Under the pieces are notes generated by a model. The model made no database searches. It saw nothing but the letters and a program-made list of their open reading frames with translations, and was not told where the DNA came from. A program made the translations under genes and the position numbers. From Vitrella brassicaformis CCMP3155 (taxonomy: Eukaryota > Protista > Chromerida), in assembly GCA_001179505.1 (NCBI GenBank), contig CDMY01000436.1, forward strand, positions 310,001 through 374,000: a DNA stretch of 64,000 nt, in the 5' to 3' direction. The number at the start of each line of letters is the position of its first letter. The stretch's first letter is position 1. Positions 48,325-64,000 of this stretch are shown piece by piece.

Positions 48325-48800
48325 ATGGCAAACGAGCGCCGCAGCCAGTTGGAAGAGGACCTCGCCAAATCGGGTGAAGAAACACGGTGAGCCATGGGCA
48401 GAGAAGAGGTGCTAAGCATGTCGATGAATCCATGTGGAATGGCTGTGTTTCCTCGGCAGGTTGAAGGAGTGGCTGAGGACTGAGCTGGCGCACTGCGGGT
48501 GGCGCGAAGAAGTCAAACGAAACTGCCTTGGTGAGAACAAGACCGCCACAGAAGCGCCTGCAAAGGCGGCTCGATCTCGGGTAGTGCTGATTCCTCTGCG
48601 TGTATGTGTGTGTGTCTACAGAGCGGATACGCAATATGGGGATGGACAAGGTGTCTGTGGAGGACTTGATCAAGCAGGTGCAGCCCTACGGCCGCCAGAC
48701 GGTGCCTGACGAGGTCAAGGCGGAGCTCATCAACAAGCTGAGGGCTTTTGCAGAGTTCCGGAGGGGGCAGAATGTGCCGCCTGCTGTAACGCCGCAATAG
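48325..48800 (+). CDS. ENY2: Transcription and mRNA export factor ENY2/Sus1
   Basis: Three exons: MANERRSQLEEDLAKSGEETR|LKEWLRTELAHCGWREEVKRNCL|ERIRNMGMDKVSVEDLIKQVQPYGRQTVPDEVKAELINKLRAF. This matches the ENY2 pattern L...L..CGW...+K..C...G...V++DL...+P.GR..VPD.VK.EL. Confidence 0.92.
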
Positions 48801-49060
48801 GGCAGGCGGGTTCCTTCCTTCCTTCTTGGGAGAGACTGCTGCCAGGTGTGTGTACAGCTAGCTGGATCAACCAGTGAGTGGAGATGGTCTTTCGTGTCGG
48901 ACACGTGAATGAATGAATGCTGCACTGTACATATATAGTATACTACGACTACTACAGACTTCGGTCAATGCTTCTCTATCTGATTGAATCCCTCTCTCCT
49001 CCCCTGACCCCCTCCCACCTTCCCTCGCCCCCCCACACACACACCAACGCACGAGACTGC

Positions 49061-50389
49061 CTAGAGGTCCGTCTCTGGCTGTTTCGCCTGATCCTGGCGC
49101 ATTCTCTCTCGATTCGCCTGCTCCAGGTCTATTACGATGCTCACTTCATTGAGCAGAAACTGCGTCCCGTAAGCCAACACGTCGCTCTGTGAATGATCAA
49201 ACACACGGACATCTGTCTTGTCGTCTGCAGGGAACAGGCGAACATACGGCACTCGGTCGATATCAATTGAGGGATGCTGCACATCGTTGCGGGTCATGTC
49301 CATCTTATAGAACTCCAGCGTCTTGACGTTTCGAAGTCGCTCGGCCAGCTGACGGAACTTGGCTTCAAACCGCTTGCAATGACCACACCATGGGGCGTAG
49401 AAGAACACGAGGACGTCAACATTTGACGCCATCACTTTGTGGTCGAACTGGCGACCAACCAACTGCCGCACCAGCGTATCATCACTCTCGTCATAGGCCT
49501 CCTCGCTTCGCAGCCACGGTGAAAGCTTGCCGTCAAAATATGCCTGTGCGAATGCTGCCAGGCTATTAGGCGAGCACACGAGATCAACGCGAGTCTTCAT
49601 GATGTCGACGCCGATGAGTCCTTCGCCGTGAGCCGGTGCCTCGAGCAAATATTTTCGAAATCTCGCACGTCTCTCGAGGATCAAGGCGAAAGGGGCATCG
49701 GTCTCTGGATCATCACCTGGCAGACAGAATACGGGTGAGGGTGTTGCCCACTGGAAATCGTCTCGTCCTGCCTGTCTATCGTCTGTCTGTCTGGCCGCCT
49801 GTCTGTCTGTCGGTCTCTGTCTGTGTCTGTGTGCCTCTCAGGCTAACGGAGAAGGGAGCGGAAAGAGGCGAGGTTGTCAATGCTGACGTAGACGTGCAGG
49901 ATTTGCTCTGCGCGGAAGACGTAGGCGACATGCTCGAGTGCTGGCATACGCACAAACAAATCCACGCGCACAGCACAAACTCACGTGTGTGCATGTCACG
50001 TCACGTGTGTGTTTGTCAAATCACATACCAGTCTCGCATCTCAGTGCGTAGTCTGCTTCTGCATCGTAGAACATCAACAGGAGGGTTTTGACGCGGTCTC
50101 TCTTGATGGCATTCTCCGTCTCAGGCGTCCAGTCGAATAGCCGCATAGCGCGTCGAAGGCGTCGATTACTCTCCCCGCTTTCTGACAGCTGAGTTCTCTC
50201 CTTCAACTCACTCGACCCCAATGGCTGGGTCTCATTCGTGCCCTCCTGGCCACAGTCGCTACTGCCACTCTCTTCGCCGACGGTCTCATTAACAGAGCCA
50301 TTGCCCATGGGCTTCGTTCGGGGAAAGGCTTCGGAAGAAAGCAAACTTCCAATAAAGAAAACCGCTGCGAAACGCGGCCGCATGGTCAT
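49061..50389 (-). CDS. Protein disulfide isomerase-like protein (b'-type domain + one active thioredoxin domain)
   Basis: Signal-like N-terminus (RFAAVFFIGSLLSSEA) and the GKLSPWLRSE linker. Active site VLVFFYAPWCGHCK. Ends QPETDL*. Confidence 0.85.
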
Positions 50390-50561
50390 TCGCTGCGTTA
50401 GAGGCATCAACGCATGACGAGGTCCCCCAGCTACGTTTTCACTTTCGAGATCAGAGACTGGGGGTCCCCGCGGGCCCCCACGAGCTCGCGGTGGAACGAA
50501 GAAGGTGCCCTTCTGAAACCGCAGGCCAAAGAACGTGTTGTTGGTGTAGCTTGGCGCCAAA

Positions 50562-52470
50562 ATGGGGGACACTCGGCCTGGATGGATGAAGTAAGTGACT
50601 ATTGAGGCAGCGAGATACTTGTGTGTCTGGACTGTGTGGTGTGTCTGGAATGTGTTGGTGTGCAGGAAGGTGCAGCCGTTCTTCGTAGGAGGCTTCGCTG
50701 GATGTACAGCCACCTGCTGTGTGAGCAAACACACTCTTTTTCAGGAGGAAACACACAGATAATAGGTGTGACATCAGGGCCTCTCACTCTGTGTGTGTGT
50801 GTGTGTGTGTGCGTGTGTGTTTGCAGGTTCAGCCCATCGATATGATCAAGGTGCGCATCCAGCTCGTCGAGAAGGGGTGAGAAAAGACCAACACACGAGC
50901 CCCTCAGGCACGTCTGAGTGTGTCACCTGTGGGGTCATCGTTCGTCACGTCAGCGGCAACAAGAATCCGTTCACGATAGCGACCAAGTTCATCCAAGAGG
51001 AGGGCATTTTGAACCTCTACAAGGGCCTGGACGCGGGCATCATCCGGCAGATCACCTACACCACCACACGATTGGGAGTCTTCAGAGTCACGTGCGACGC
51101 CATGCAACAAGGAGGTCAGTCAGTCAGTCAGTCAAGGAACAAACACGAACCCAACACTCAGCTACATTGATTGTATTGATTGTGTCTTCGGGGGTGGATG
51201 GGGCTGATTGGTCCCTGCACTGATTGCAATGGTGCCCTCCCTCATTCCCTCAGACAAGCCGCTTCCCCTGTGGCAGAAGAGTGTGGCGGGCCTGTGGGCT
51301 GGTGCAGTGGGTTCGGTGATCGGCAATCCCGCCGATCTCTCACTCATCCGACTGCAGGCCGACCCCACACTGCCCGTCGAGCAGCGGAGGCACTACAAGG
51401 GTAAGTAAGCCAGGCAGGCAGCCACGATAGATACACCACACCCTAGTGCAGCCGATGGACGATCCATGTGTGGCTTGATGTGATGCAGGTGTGTTTGACG
51501 CGTTGTACCGCATCCCGAAGGAGGAGGGGTTCTTCGCCCTCTGGAAGGGGTGCACGCCCACAGTCGTGCGAGCCATGGCACTCAACCTCGGTATGGATGG
51601 AATGGACTGGAATGCGTGTGGGGCCGACTGACTGACGCAGGACGGACGAATGGATGATCCATATCGCTCTGTCTGCCCATCCGTGTGTGTGCTTTTAGGT
51701 CAGTTGGCGTCGTTTGACCAGGCCAAGGAGACCATCGCCCACTACTACGGCAAGGGACAGTGGCAGACGCTCCTGTAGGACGGGAAACCGGCTCTCACAC
51801 ACTGCCTGACCACATCAACCATCCCAAGGAGGGAGCCATTGCTGTGTGTGATGCTTGGTTATGTGTCTTGTGTGTCAGTGCAAGTGCCATCTCGGGTTTC
51901 TTCGCGGTGACGTTTTCGCTCCCATTCGACTTCATGAAGACCAGAATACAGAAACAAAAGGTCGGTCACTGACACACCTGACCTGCATGACACTGACACC
52001 CATACACACCGACCGCTGTGTGGGGCTGACTCTATGGTCGATACTCTCTCTGCTCTTTATGTGTGTGTGTGCGTGTGTGCAGCCTGACCCGGTCACGAAG
52101 GAGTTGCCCTACAGAAACATGTTCCACTGCTTCACAAAGGTAGGTCAGCCAGATGCCAAGTCGATGGAGGCGTGGTCTCTATCTCTCTCTCTCTCTCTCT
52201 GTGTGTGTGTAGGTGATGGCTGAGGAGGGTCCGCTGGCCTTCTACAGCGGCTACCCCACATACTACGTCCGTATCGCACCACACGCCATGATCGTAAGTC
52301 GACATACACACACACACACACACTCACTCAGCTTCGCGTCGGTCGGTCGGTCGGTCGGTATCTGTAATTGTTAATGTTTTGTCATTGGCTGGTTTGGCTG
52401 GTGGGTGCAGACGTTGTTGGTGGTGGACGCGTGCAACTGGCAGATCGGCCAGCTCTTCAAGAAGCAGTGA
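50562..52470 (+). CDS. Mitochondrial carrier, 2-oxoglutarate/malate (dicarboxylate-tricarboxylate) type
   Basis: Three carrier signatures: PIDMIKVRIQ, PADLSLIRLQAD and PFDFMKTRIQ. Family motifs LYKGLDAGIIRQITYTTTRLG, PTVVRAMALNLGQLASFDQ and YYVRIAPHAMI. Confidence 0.92.
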
Positions 52471-53795
52471 TCCATCCATATCCATCCAATATGTATGTAA
52501 GCTAAGCAGGTGTGTGTGTATTGTCTGTCTGTCTGGATGGATGGATGGCAACACACAACAGAACACACGCCTGAGTGAGTGAGTGTCTTGTTCCTTTGAG
52601 TGTTCCTTTGAGTGAGTGAGTGAGTGAGTGAGTGAGAGAGGGAGAGGCAGGGAACCCCACTGTGTGATGCTACCTAGCTACCTACCTGTCTGTGTGTCTA
52701 GCTGTAGGTATAACTTGTCTCTTTCTTTGCTCACGCACAACAAAGACATACACACAAGTACTGACTTTACGCCTGCCTGCCTGCCTGCCTGCTTCCCCGT
52801 GCAGTGCACGCCTGTCTGTCTGTGAGTGGCCAATGCCCTCTCTCTCTGGTGTGGTGTGTGCAGTCCTGTCGCACACTGGTTGCCTGGACGTCTTGTTTGT
52901 TCGTTCGGATGTGTGTGTGTGCGCTCGTCCCTGCCTGACGCATGTACCATCTTTCTTATGTCTGGGTGGAGCATGGCTTGTTGGCGACAAACACACTGCT
53001 ATGCCTCACGTGTTTCGGTCTGTTTGTCTGTTCGTCAACAGAGTGAGACGAGGGAGAGGAGAGAGTGCGGCACGCACTTGCGTCAACCCGCTCGCTACCT
53101 GACCCATGAGTGGCTGCTTGCGGGAGAGAACAAGGATGTGGTTTAGAATCCTCACTCACTCACTCACCTCGCCCATCAACCTGACTAGACAGGCACCTTT
53201 CCAACCGACCAAAATGCTTTTTGTGCGTGGTTTTGTCCCTTCCGTGACACGTACACGCCCGTTGACTTCCACATCAGATTTTGAGCATATATCTGCCTAC
53301 CTGCAGACCTTTGCCGCACTTGCTGCTCGCCTTTGTGTGGACGCAGGTATGTGTGTATGTGTGTTTAATCGACCGGCAACCTGGCGTGTATGCCTTGTGG
53401 TGCGTGTCAGAGAGCGTCTGTCCGTCTGGGTGTGGTGTCAGATAGCTAGCGGTAGACAGACTGACGGTGGGTGGATGGATGGATGGATGCGTTCATGCTG
53501 TGGGCTTGACTTAGCGAAGCTTGAAAAGGTCACAGCGTCTGTCCGCAATCCCTCCGATGATCACACGTACAAAATGGAATCATCCAATGGTTGGTTCTGG
53601 CCAGCTTGCATGGCCGGTTCTCTTCAGTGCTCTGTCGGCATCGTGCTGTCAGTGTGGCCCTCCCTGCGTGTGGGCGGGGAGGGCCACACTAACAACACGG
53701 GGCACCCAGCACCACAAGAGAAGCAGCCAGCAAATCACCTCTCAACACAAGACGCACACTACACTGCAGCATTATTACTGAAGTACATAATTGTA

Positions 53796-54788
53796 TCAGC
53801 CCCCCCTCTCAACGTCTGACGGGCACAGTCGATCCCACACAGACTGGTCAAACTCACCAAGATGCTCGAGCACCACGTCGGCAATCACAAACCGCTTGTC
53901 CACCTCCCCCCCATGGCGCACATCCGGGACAGCCACACACCTCATCCGGGCAGCCTTGGCAGCCAGCACCCCGTTCAGAGAGTCCTCGATCGCCACACAC
54001 TGAGTCGGGTGCACCCCCAGCGCCTTGGCGCAATTGAGATACACCTCAGGATGCGGCTTGCCGTGCTGCAGGTCGCCAGCAGATGTGAGCACGTCGAAGT
54101 ACCCCCGAATGCCGAGGCGATCCACGGCCGCCTCGATGAGCGGCATCGCGCTGGACGAGCAGATGGCCATCAGGACCTTCTTGGACTTGGCAAAGTCCAA
54201 GGCGTCCTTCATTCCCTTCATGGGATGGCCGCTCTCCTGGATGTGCTTGACCATTAGCGAGAGGATCAGGTCTCGGAGGGCCCTTCGCGTGATGCCTGTG
54301 GCGGCCTCGTCCCATGGCTGCTCGGCGTACCGCAGTTCGACGATCTCATCGATGCGCAGGCCAGTGGTCTCGCGGCAGTCCTCCTCAGTCAAAATGCGGC
54401 CCACTTTTCCGAAGCCCTCGATCTCCGCCAGCCACCACTGAGGAAAACAAACGGACACGTCAAGCACACACATGAGACAGACAAGCCCCCTCCTTCACTG
54501 CGCTGCGCTGCGCCCTCTCACCAGAGGTTCGCTGTCCAGTAGGCATCCATCCTGTGGGCCGCGCCACACACAACAAGAAAACAGCACAATCGATGCTCAA
54601 CTAACTGCCTTTTCCAACCGCCCAGCTTTCCTCTCCCTCTCCCTCTCCCTCTCCACTCACTCACTCACTGCCTGCCTGGCTATCTGCCTGGCTGTTTGCC
54701 ATCCATCCATCCATCCAGGCATCCGTACCAGGTCCACGATAACGCTCTTCAATGGAATGCTGGACGCCGAACGACTCCAAGTACCCAT
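53796..54788 (-). CDS. HAD-family sugar-phosphate phosphatase, YniC/HxpB-like (an upstream extension is possible)
   Basis: SVIVDL|DGCLLDSEPL|WWLAE (motif I rebuilt through a micro-exon at about 54522-54550), TTGLRIDEIV, AICSSS, KPHPEVYL and CVAIEDSLNGVLAAKAARM. Confidence 0.88.
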
Positions 54789-55501
54789 ATGAGGGGATGA
54801 TGATGAGGCCGGGAGACAACGACGGGATGATGTGCGGATTGGATTGTTCTCACCAACCAGAGGTCCGCTATCCAGTGTGCAGCCACCCTGCACCACACCA
54901 CACCACACCACACCACACCACAAGCACAACAGCAAATTGCAGCATCGACGCTCGTATGGAGCCCCTTTGGCCTCTCTCCGCGGACTGCCTGCCTGCCTGC
55001 CTGGCCGCCTGCGTGGCAAACACATCAATCGCATACCCGGTCCGCGAAAGCGGTCTTTGAGGGGGTGGTTGATGCCCAATGATTCAAAGTAGAAGTATGC
55101 AAAGATGAGGATGGGGGGCGACAGGGAAGGGAGGGTGATCCACACCAGACGACGGAAGTATCGCCTGTCGGTGCCGCAGATCCAGTCAACCGTGCGGGAC
55201 CACCTTCCCATCCTCGGGTGGGTGATACCCCGCCACGCACAGCACCTGGCAGGCAAACCGCCACACACCAACTAAGTGACTCTTTTCTTCAGATCGGACT
55301 TTCAGTCCTCAGATTTGGCAGATGTGGTGCACGGGCCCTTTGCCTACCTTCTCAAATGCCGCGATTGTAAAGGAGTCGCGAGCCTCGAGTCGCGAGCTGA
55401 AGCTCGCACTGGAGGCAGATCTTTGCAGTAGTTTCGAAGCTGGCGCAGCGCTGCACTCATCGGCTGGACCCAGCAGCAGCGTTCATCTGTTTGCCGGAGT
55501 A

Positions 55502-58532
<3,031 letters not shown>

Positions 58533-59831
58533 CGCACACACACACACTGTGCTGTCGGTCGCTCTGTCGGTCTCTAATCAATCATTTTGCACACTCACCC
58601 GGATGGATGGATGGATGGAGCCAAGGTAAGGTGGGCGGGAGCGGAGGGGCGGGCCATGGTCGGTCTTTTGTGTCTCATGACATGTGGTGTTGCTCGTGGG
58701 TGGCCGGTTACCTGACGCAGCTGGCCTGGCTGGCTATAGCGGTGATTTTTTCACGCCACGCATCGCATCGCATGTCTGACGGCGATCGTCGTGTATCTAT
58801 CGCCTTTACGTCCGTCTGTCGCGCGTGGAGTGAGTGACGTGTGTGGGGGCAACCATGTGGCCGGCTGGTAGGTCTCTTTTGAGGGGGTTGTGTCCGCCCC
58901 GTCCGTCTGTCTGTCTGTCTGTCTGTGGTTGCTGCATGTGTGTGAAGTGCTTTGATTGACTCCTTTATCATAGTAGGAGGGGAGCCCGGGGGACTGAGGG
59001 CGCAACCCTACCATACCCACAACGCATTCGATGAGGCAGCTGGGGGTGGGGTGTGTCTGTGTGGGGGGGCAGGCAGCAGCGGACGTTTTGTAAGCAAGCG
59101 GGGAACTGTCCTTAGTTTTTTTCTTTATCCGTTCATCTATCCCTCTCTCCTGTCTGTCTGTCGTGCCTCCCTTCCTCGCTCCCTCTTGGTGTCTGCTTGT
59201 GTTGGTTGTGTCGTGTTGCGATGCGATGGGTAGTAGCATTTAAGAAGGGCATGACGCACGTACATGCAAAGGTACTTACAGGTCCATCCATCCATTTTGT
59301 ATCCACCTCCTTACCCAGGCTGGCTGTCTGTCTGTGTGTGTGTGTGTGTGTTGTGTGTGCGGATGGACAAGGTCAGTGGACAGGTCAGTCAGTCAGTCCA
59401 TGAGTGTCTTTCTGACTCTAATGCGTGTTTGAGTGTTTCAGTTCATGTCTAAACGCCTGACTCTCTCACCCCGCCCTATGTCATGTCTACGCATATCGAC
59501 ACACTGCCTAACCTAACCCAACCTATCCTCATCTAATTCAGCCTTCCCTTCCCCCTCCCACCGCTGATCGATCGATCAGTTGGTGGCCACCATATGTCTC
59601 TTGGGAGCTCTGTAGTCGACAAAGATGCCTCGTATCGGGTCATATGTGCCTGCAGGCACTCACCACAACACAGCACAGCACAGCACACCGCAGTTAACAC
59701 ATCGGTCTGTATGTCTGTCTGTCTGTGTCTATCAGTCAGTCAGATCGGCTACAACACTACAAAGAGAAAACGAGCTACGTGGGTGTGGCGGGGCATTCGC
59801 GCCATTCTACGTTGGTTGGACGAATGAGTGC

Positions 59832-60777
59832 CTACGCACCGGTTTGGAAGGCTGGCGAGACATTGGAAGAGGAGCGGCCGAAGTAGAAGGCCCTGCCCTT
59901 GGGCATCCCCTGGTGGACCACACTCACGAAGCGCTCCTTTCTCAGCACTCGGGTGTCCACCACAGCGGCAGGGATGTGCAGATCAGACGCCAATGGCGGA
60001 CCATCTGAGCCAAAGAAGGGCGGGCACATATACGTGCAGATGTTGTGCCAGGCTCTCCTCTGTGTGTCTGTGCTAAGGCTACTTGAGATGATGTTGTAGA
60101 GTGGCTTCTTCTCCCAGAAGGTCTTGCCGAGACACACATCCGGCGCCGCTCTCTGCCTCTTCGGGTGGCAGAAGAACCGCTGGCTCTCACTCGTGAAGTG
60201 CTCCTTGGCAGTCACGCCTTTACGCATGACCTCTGGGGCCAGCTCCACCTGGCTCCTGCCCTTGCTGGCGTTCGCCTCCCTCTGCTCACGGGCCTCACTC
60301 GACAGCCGCTCCCTCGCCCCTTCCTCGAGGGACGCGTACGCCAGCTGCTGCTCGGTCACCACGCCTGCAAGCGACCTGCCGGCCTTCTGGGTCAGGCAGG
60401 GACCTGCAGACGTGTGTACATGTGAGACACAGATAAGTGTTGGGGCCGGGCCATCTGATGCACTCACTGCGTGAATGGAGACACATGTAAGTACCTATCA
60501 GCGGTGCATAGTTCTTGTACGGGGGAGGGGAGTAGTCAGCCTTGTAAGTCTCCCCAGGCTCCCGCAGGTCACGGTAGGCGCTCTTGCTCTCACCCGCGGC
60601 CCGTTCGGACGGCGACGGCTCCCACTGCTCACAGCCGATGTCGAACTGCTGCCTTTTGAAGGCGTTGGCGAGGTCGGAGGACCTTTTGCCGGTGGGCTTG
60701 TCTTTGCTGTCTTTGCCGATGCCGTTGAAGACGCCCACGTAGTCCCTTGCAAGGTGAATGGGCGTCTGCTCTGCCAT
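59832..60777 (-). CDS. Hypothetical two-exon protein, possibly microtubule-associated
   Basis: The exons join in frame across an intron at about 60404-60494 (PLI G|GPCLTQK). Short motifs SAYRD, TYKADYSPPP and PLYNIIS. Confidence 0.6.
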
Positions 60778-61408
60778 GATGATGCCTGGGGGCGTAGTGC
60801 GGTCACAGACGGGGGGATCTCCAATCGCAATCGTCGAGACTGCAATGGGCCGCTAGCGCCACGCTGCACTGAGCCTTTTCGCGCTGTGTTGTTGCGTAGA
60901 CGGCTGGCCGGCAGTGGCATACGGCAAACAAATGGATTGATTCATAAGCCATCAAATTCGTCGTGCGTCGGAGTGGGTGTTGTGATGGCCATGCCATGCC
61001 TCACCGATCTACGCACAATGGGGTGTGTGGTATGGTGCGGTGCGTCCGCTCCCCGCAATCTATTGGTAAGGCCGTTGGTTGAGTTTAAAACGTCAGTCAG
61101 TCAGTCATCGCGTACGTATCAAAGACTCACACATGCACTCACTGCACACGTGAGCGCTCTGTTCTGTCGGACACGACTGGCTGGCTGGCTGGCTGCACAC
61201 AACGGACGGACGGACGGACGGACTCAAGTGCTTTACATATTCTACTATGTAGGCACCAGCTCTACTTCATTCACAGGCCACAAATACGTAAGTATGTACC
61301 CCGCACCACCCATCCCATTCGCCCATCCCTTCCTGCCTGCCTGCCTGGCTGCCTGCCTGCCTCCATCAATCAGGACAGACAAAGGGGTCAGTCAACACAT
61401 GAGCATGG

Positions 61409-64000
61409 TCACGGCCCGAAGTCGACATTAAGGGCATCGTCGACTGCATCCGTGGGCTCTCTCTCCTCCTCGTCTGCACCACTGCCGCCTCCGCCCCTGT
61501 CCCTCTGGCGGGCTTGCTGTGCGGCCAGTGTGCTCTCGAATATGTCGACCAGCTGCGCCAGCTGCGCCGTGGAGAAGCCGTCCAGGCGGCTGAATGCCGA
61601 CAGCGCCCACCTCTTGGCCAGCTCCCTGCCGTCCTCCTTGTCCCCTTTGCCTTTGTCCCTGTCCTCCCAGAGGTCGGGACGCGCGAAGGCCCCCACAGAA
61701 ATGAGTGCTCTGAGGGCCGTGAGGAAGCGGACGTCGCTGAGTTCGTGTGCCTTGCCCGTTGGCCAGAGGAGGGCCTGTGTGCATCGGTGGAGGGCGGAGG
61801 CGAAGAGGGGTGCGGGGATGTGGATGGGGTCCACCTCGGCAAAGGCCAGCATGACCGACGGCAGCCTGTCAACCTCGATCTGCGGGCCGTGCTCCAGTGC
61901 CGCACGGTACGCAAACCTCGCCAGGGCGTCTGCAGGGGTGGCCGGCACGGGTGCGTGGTGGAGGGACGGGTGGAAGTACACAGGCCCCCACACTTCCTGC
62001 GGCACCGATGCAGAGACGTGGTGTGGCCGGGCCGGCTGCTGGGCCGTCCAGTTCTGATAGGGCGAGATCCACCTCGGCTTGATGGGCTCGGGCAGCTCGG
62101 GGCTGACGAGTGAGGTAGCCGTCCCAGACCCATCCAGCGGGTCATCGGCGGCAGAGGGGCCGGGCTGGCTGGGGAATGCGATGGCCGAGAGCTTCTCGGG
62201 TGGGACGTTCTGCGGGCGCCCGATACGCGGGTTGTCGAGCAGGTCGGGGAGGGCGGGGGCGATGTTGGCCAGGACCATCGGGCCCAGCAGCTTCTCGTCA
62301 GCGGTGAAGAGCTGCAGCAGCCGGTGGACGATCTTGTCGGCCACAGGGCTCTTAAGCAGCAGCTGGTCCTTACGCAGACCATACTGCATTGCACACACAG
62401 ACGAGAACACACACATGGGACATATATTCACTCGCCCTCCCGTCTGTCTGCCTCAGTGACTGACTGACAGACCAGTGTCCGGGACATGTGGACGGCGTCA
62501 AGTGTCGGCAACTGCGTGATAATGACCTCCTCGAAGGGCGTCAGCACCAAGTCGTCGAAGGTCCCCGCCGACCGCAGATGCCAGGCAGCCGACGCCAGCC
62601 GCCCACCATCCATCGCCAGCAGCAGCTGACGCAGGTTGGACAACAGCTGCTGCGACAGTGCCTGGTTGCAGGCACAACAGCCCAACGACGACAAGATGCA
62701 CAAGAATGATCGTGCGAACGAACATGCGGCTGGTTGTGCGTGTGTTACCCACCCACCGGGTCTATGTGGAGGGCCATAGTGGTGGCTCTGGCGAGAAAGA
62801 CGATCTTGTTTCTATCCAACAAGACATCGTCGCTGTGCTTCATGACCTCCGGCACCTTCTGCGAGGACAGACAGACAGACAGAAACCAGCTGCCGCCTCT
62901 CTCTTGTCCCTTGTCTGCTCCGCTCCCTCCTTGCCATCCGTCCCACTGACCGCAGTGATCTCGGCCATGGCGTCCCGAAACCTCTCGCCCGGCTGGGCTC
63001 TCACGATGTCCAGCACCTCATGGTAGTGGTTGGTCGCCAAAAAGGGCAACTCAGAGAAGGCGTGACGCATCATCACATTCATCGACTCCTCCACCCGCCC
63101 GCGCACACCAGCAACCCATTGCTGCTCATCGGCAGTACCGCGGTAACCCATCAGGCCAGACGGCTCATCAGAGGGGGGCGTGTATGCTCCCGGCCCCTGC
63201 AGGCGTGTGAGTGGGAGGTTGGCGGTGATGTTGAGTGCGGTTTGTATGGCCTCGAGTGTGTTGCCGATCTCGATGTGGTGGGCCTGGGGTGCCAGTCGGC
63301 AGGCCTGGCTGGCGAGGACGTCATAGAGCTCGAGGTCGGTCACACCCAGACGAGTGAAGGCCCACAAATACAGCATCACATCCTGATGATCCAGATAGAT
63401 AACGTGACAGACAGACAGACATGGGTATGTATGTGTGCTGTACACCAACGCCTTAATGGACGGACGGACGCATCGCATCTGTCAGATCCTGCCGCCCCGC
63501 CCCGCGCACCTGTGGGGTGTCTAGGTCGTGTGTGCCGGACTTGATGTCGTGTGCCATGAGTGTGAGCAGCTCCTGGTGAAAGCATCCCGCCTTGGCCATG
63601 GACCACACCAGCAGCGCCACCCAGTTGTGCTGCAGCAGCGGGTCGCACGCCACCACTCGATCCGCTATCGAACCAAACAGGTCCGTGTCCTTGGCCGTGT
63701 AACCCAGCTTGGCGAACGAGTAGGCCACCACACCGATGTTCAGGTGTGTGCCGGGCCGCTGGTGGGACTTGAGGCGCTTTGGCCGCCGGGTGAGTGCCGG
63801 GCTGTCTGGGGGCGGGTTGGGGTCTGTGAAGTCCAGGTAGTACCTGGCGGCGCGGTCGAGGAACTTCTGGTGGCGGAAGCCGCGCTTAGCCAGCACCCAC
63901 AGCATCACCGACAGCTCAGTCGGGCCGCACTGATACATGTCCCTCTGAGCACACACACACACACATCCATCCATCCATGCGCTCACGGGTGCCCGCTTCC
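61409..64000 (-). CDS. Helical-repeat protein resembling FASTK/OPR/RAP-type organellar RNA-binding proteins (5' end beyond the window)
   Basis: Repeated units ELSVMLWVLAKRGF, NIGVVAYSFAKLGY, WVALLVWSMAKAGC and DVMLYLWAFTRLGV. Long in-frame exons continue to the stop at 61409. Confidence 0.7.

Noticed and set aside
23181-54788. Two HAD hydrolases in one window as a possible functional cluster
   Set aside because: They are 30 kb apart, belong to different subfamilies and share no sequence similarity beyond the superfamily motifs.
60475-62113. Long plus-strand ORFs (318, 201 and 199 aa)
   Set aside because: They are antisense to, or run between, the minus-strand genes and include microsatellite-derived translation.

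Overview
This is an intron-dense, GC-rich eukaryotic window with short spliceosomal introns full of (CA)n/(GT)n, (CAGA)n/(TCTG)n and (GATG)n microsatellites. The gene content (apicortin, an apicomplexan-type CDPK, flagellar CFAP52, PAN/apple domains, a probable plastid-targeted protein) points to an alveolate, most likely a chromerid such as Vitrella brassicaformis; this is inference, not a database match. The ORF track mostly shows single exons, antisense shadows and intron read-throughs, so I rebuilt genes by hand from GT/GC-AG junctions and internal exon boundaries are approximate. About 20 genes are supported. From 5' to 3': a 5'-truncated WD40 protein; a scrambled, partly duplicated kinase-like locus (about 3.8-11.5 kb); an RCC1-BTB protein; PRKRIP1; a lineage-specific protein; a BTB-like gene with an in-frame TGA; a HAD hydrolase; apicortin; CFAP52; a C2/coiled-coil/PGP-repeat protein; a membrane protein; a delta-9 desaturase; a 300-N assembly gap; a secreted PAN/apple-GH3 beta-glucosidase; a probable plastid membrane protein; ENY2; a PDI-like protein; a 2-oxoglutarate/malate-type mitochondrial carrier; a YniC-like HAD phosphatase; a CDPK; a hypothetical protein; and a 5'-truncated helical-repeat (FASTK/OPR-like) protein. 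I found no rRNA, tRNA, CRISPR array or transposase. The most interesting signals are (1) polarised AC-then-GT complementary microsatellites inside introns, (2) the PAN-GH3 fusion, (3) the in-frame TGA followed by clean in-frame spliced exons, (4) the permuted kinase duplications, and (5) eight head-to-head gene pairs, five of which carry a GCGAGCT motif between them.
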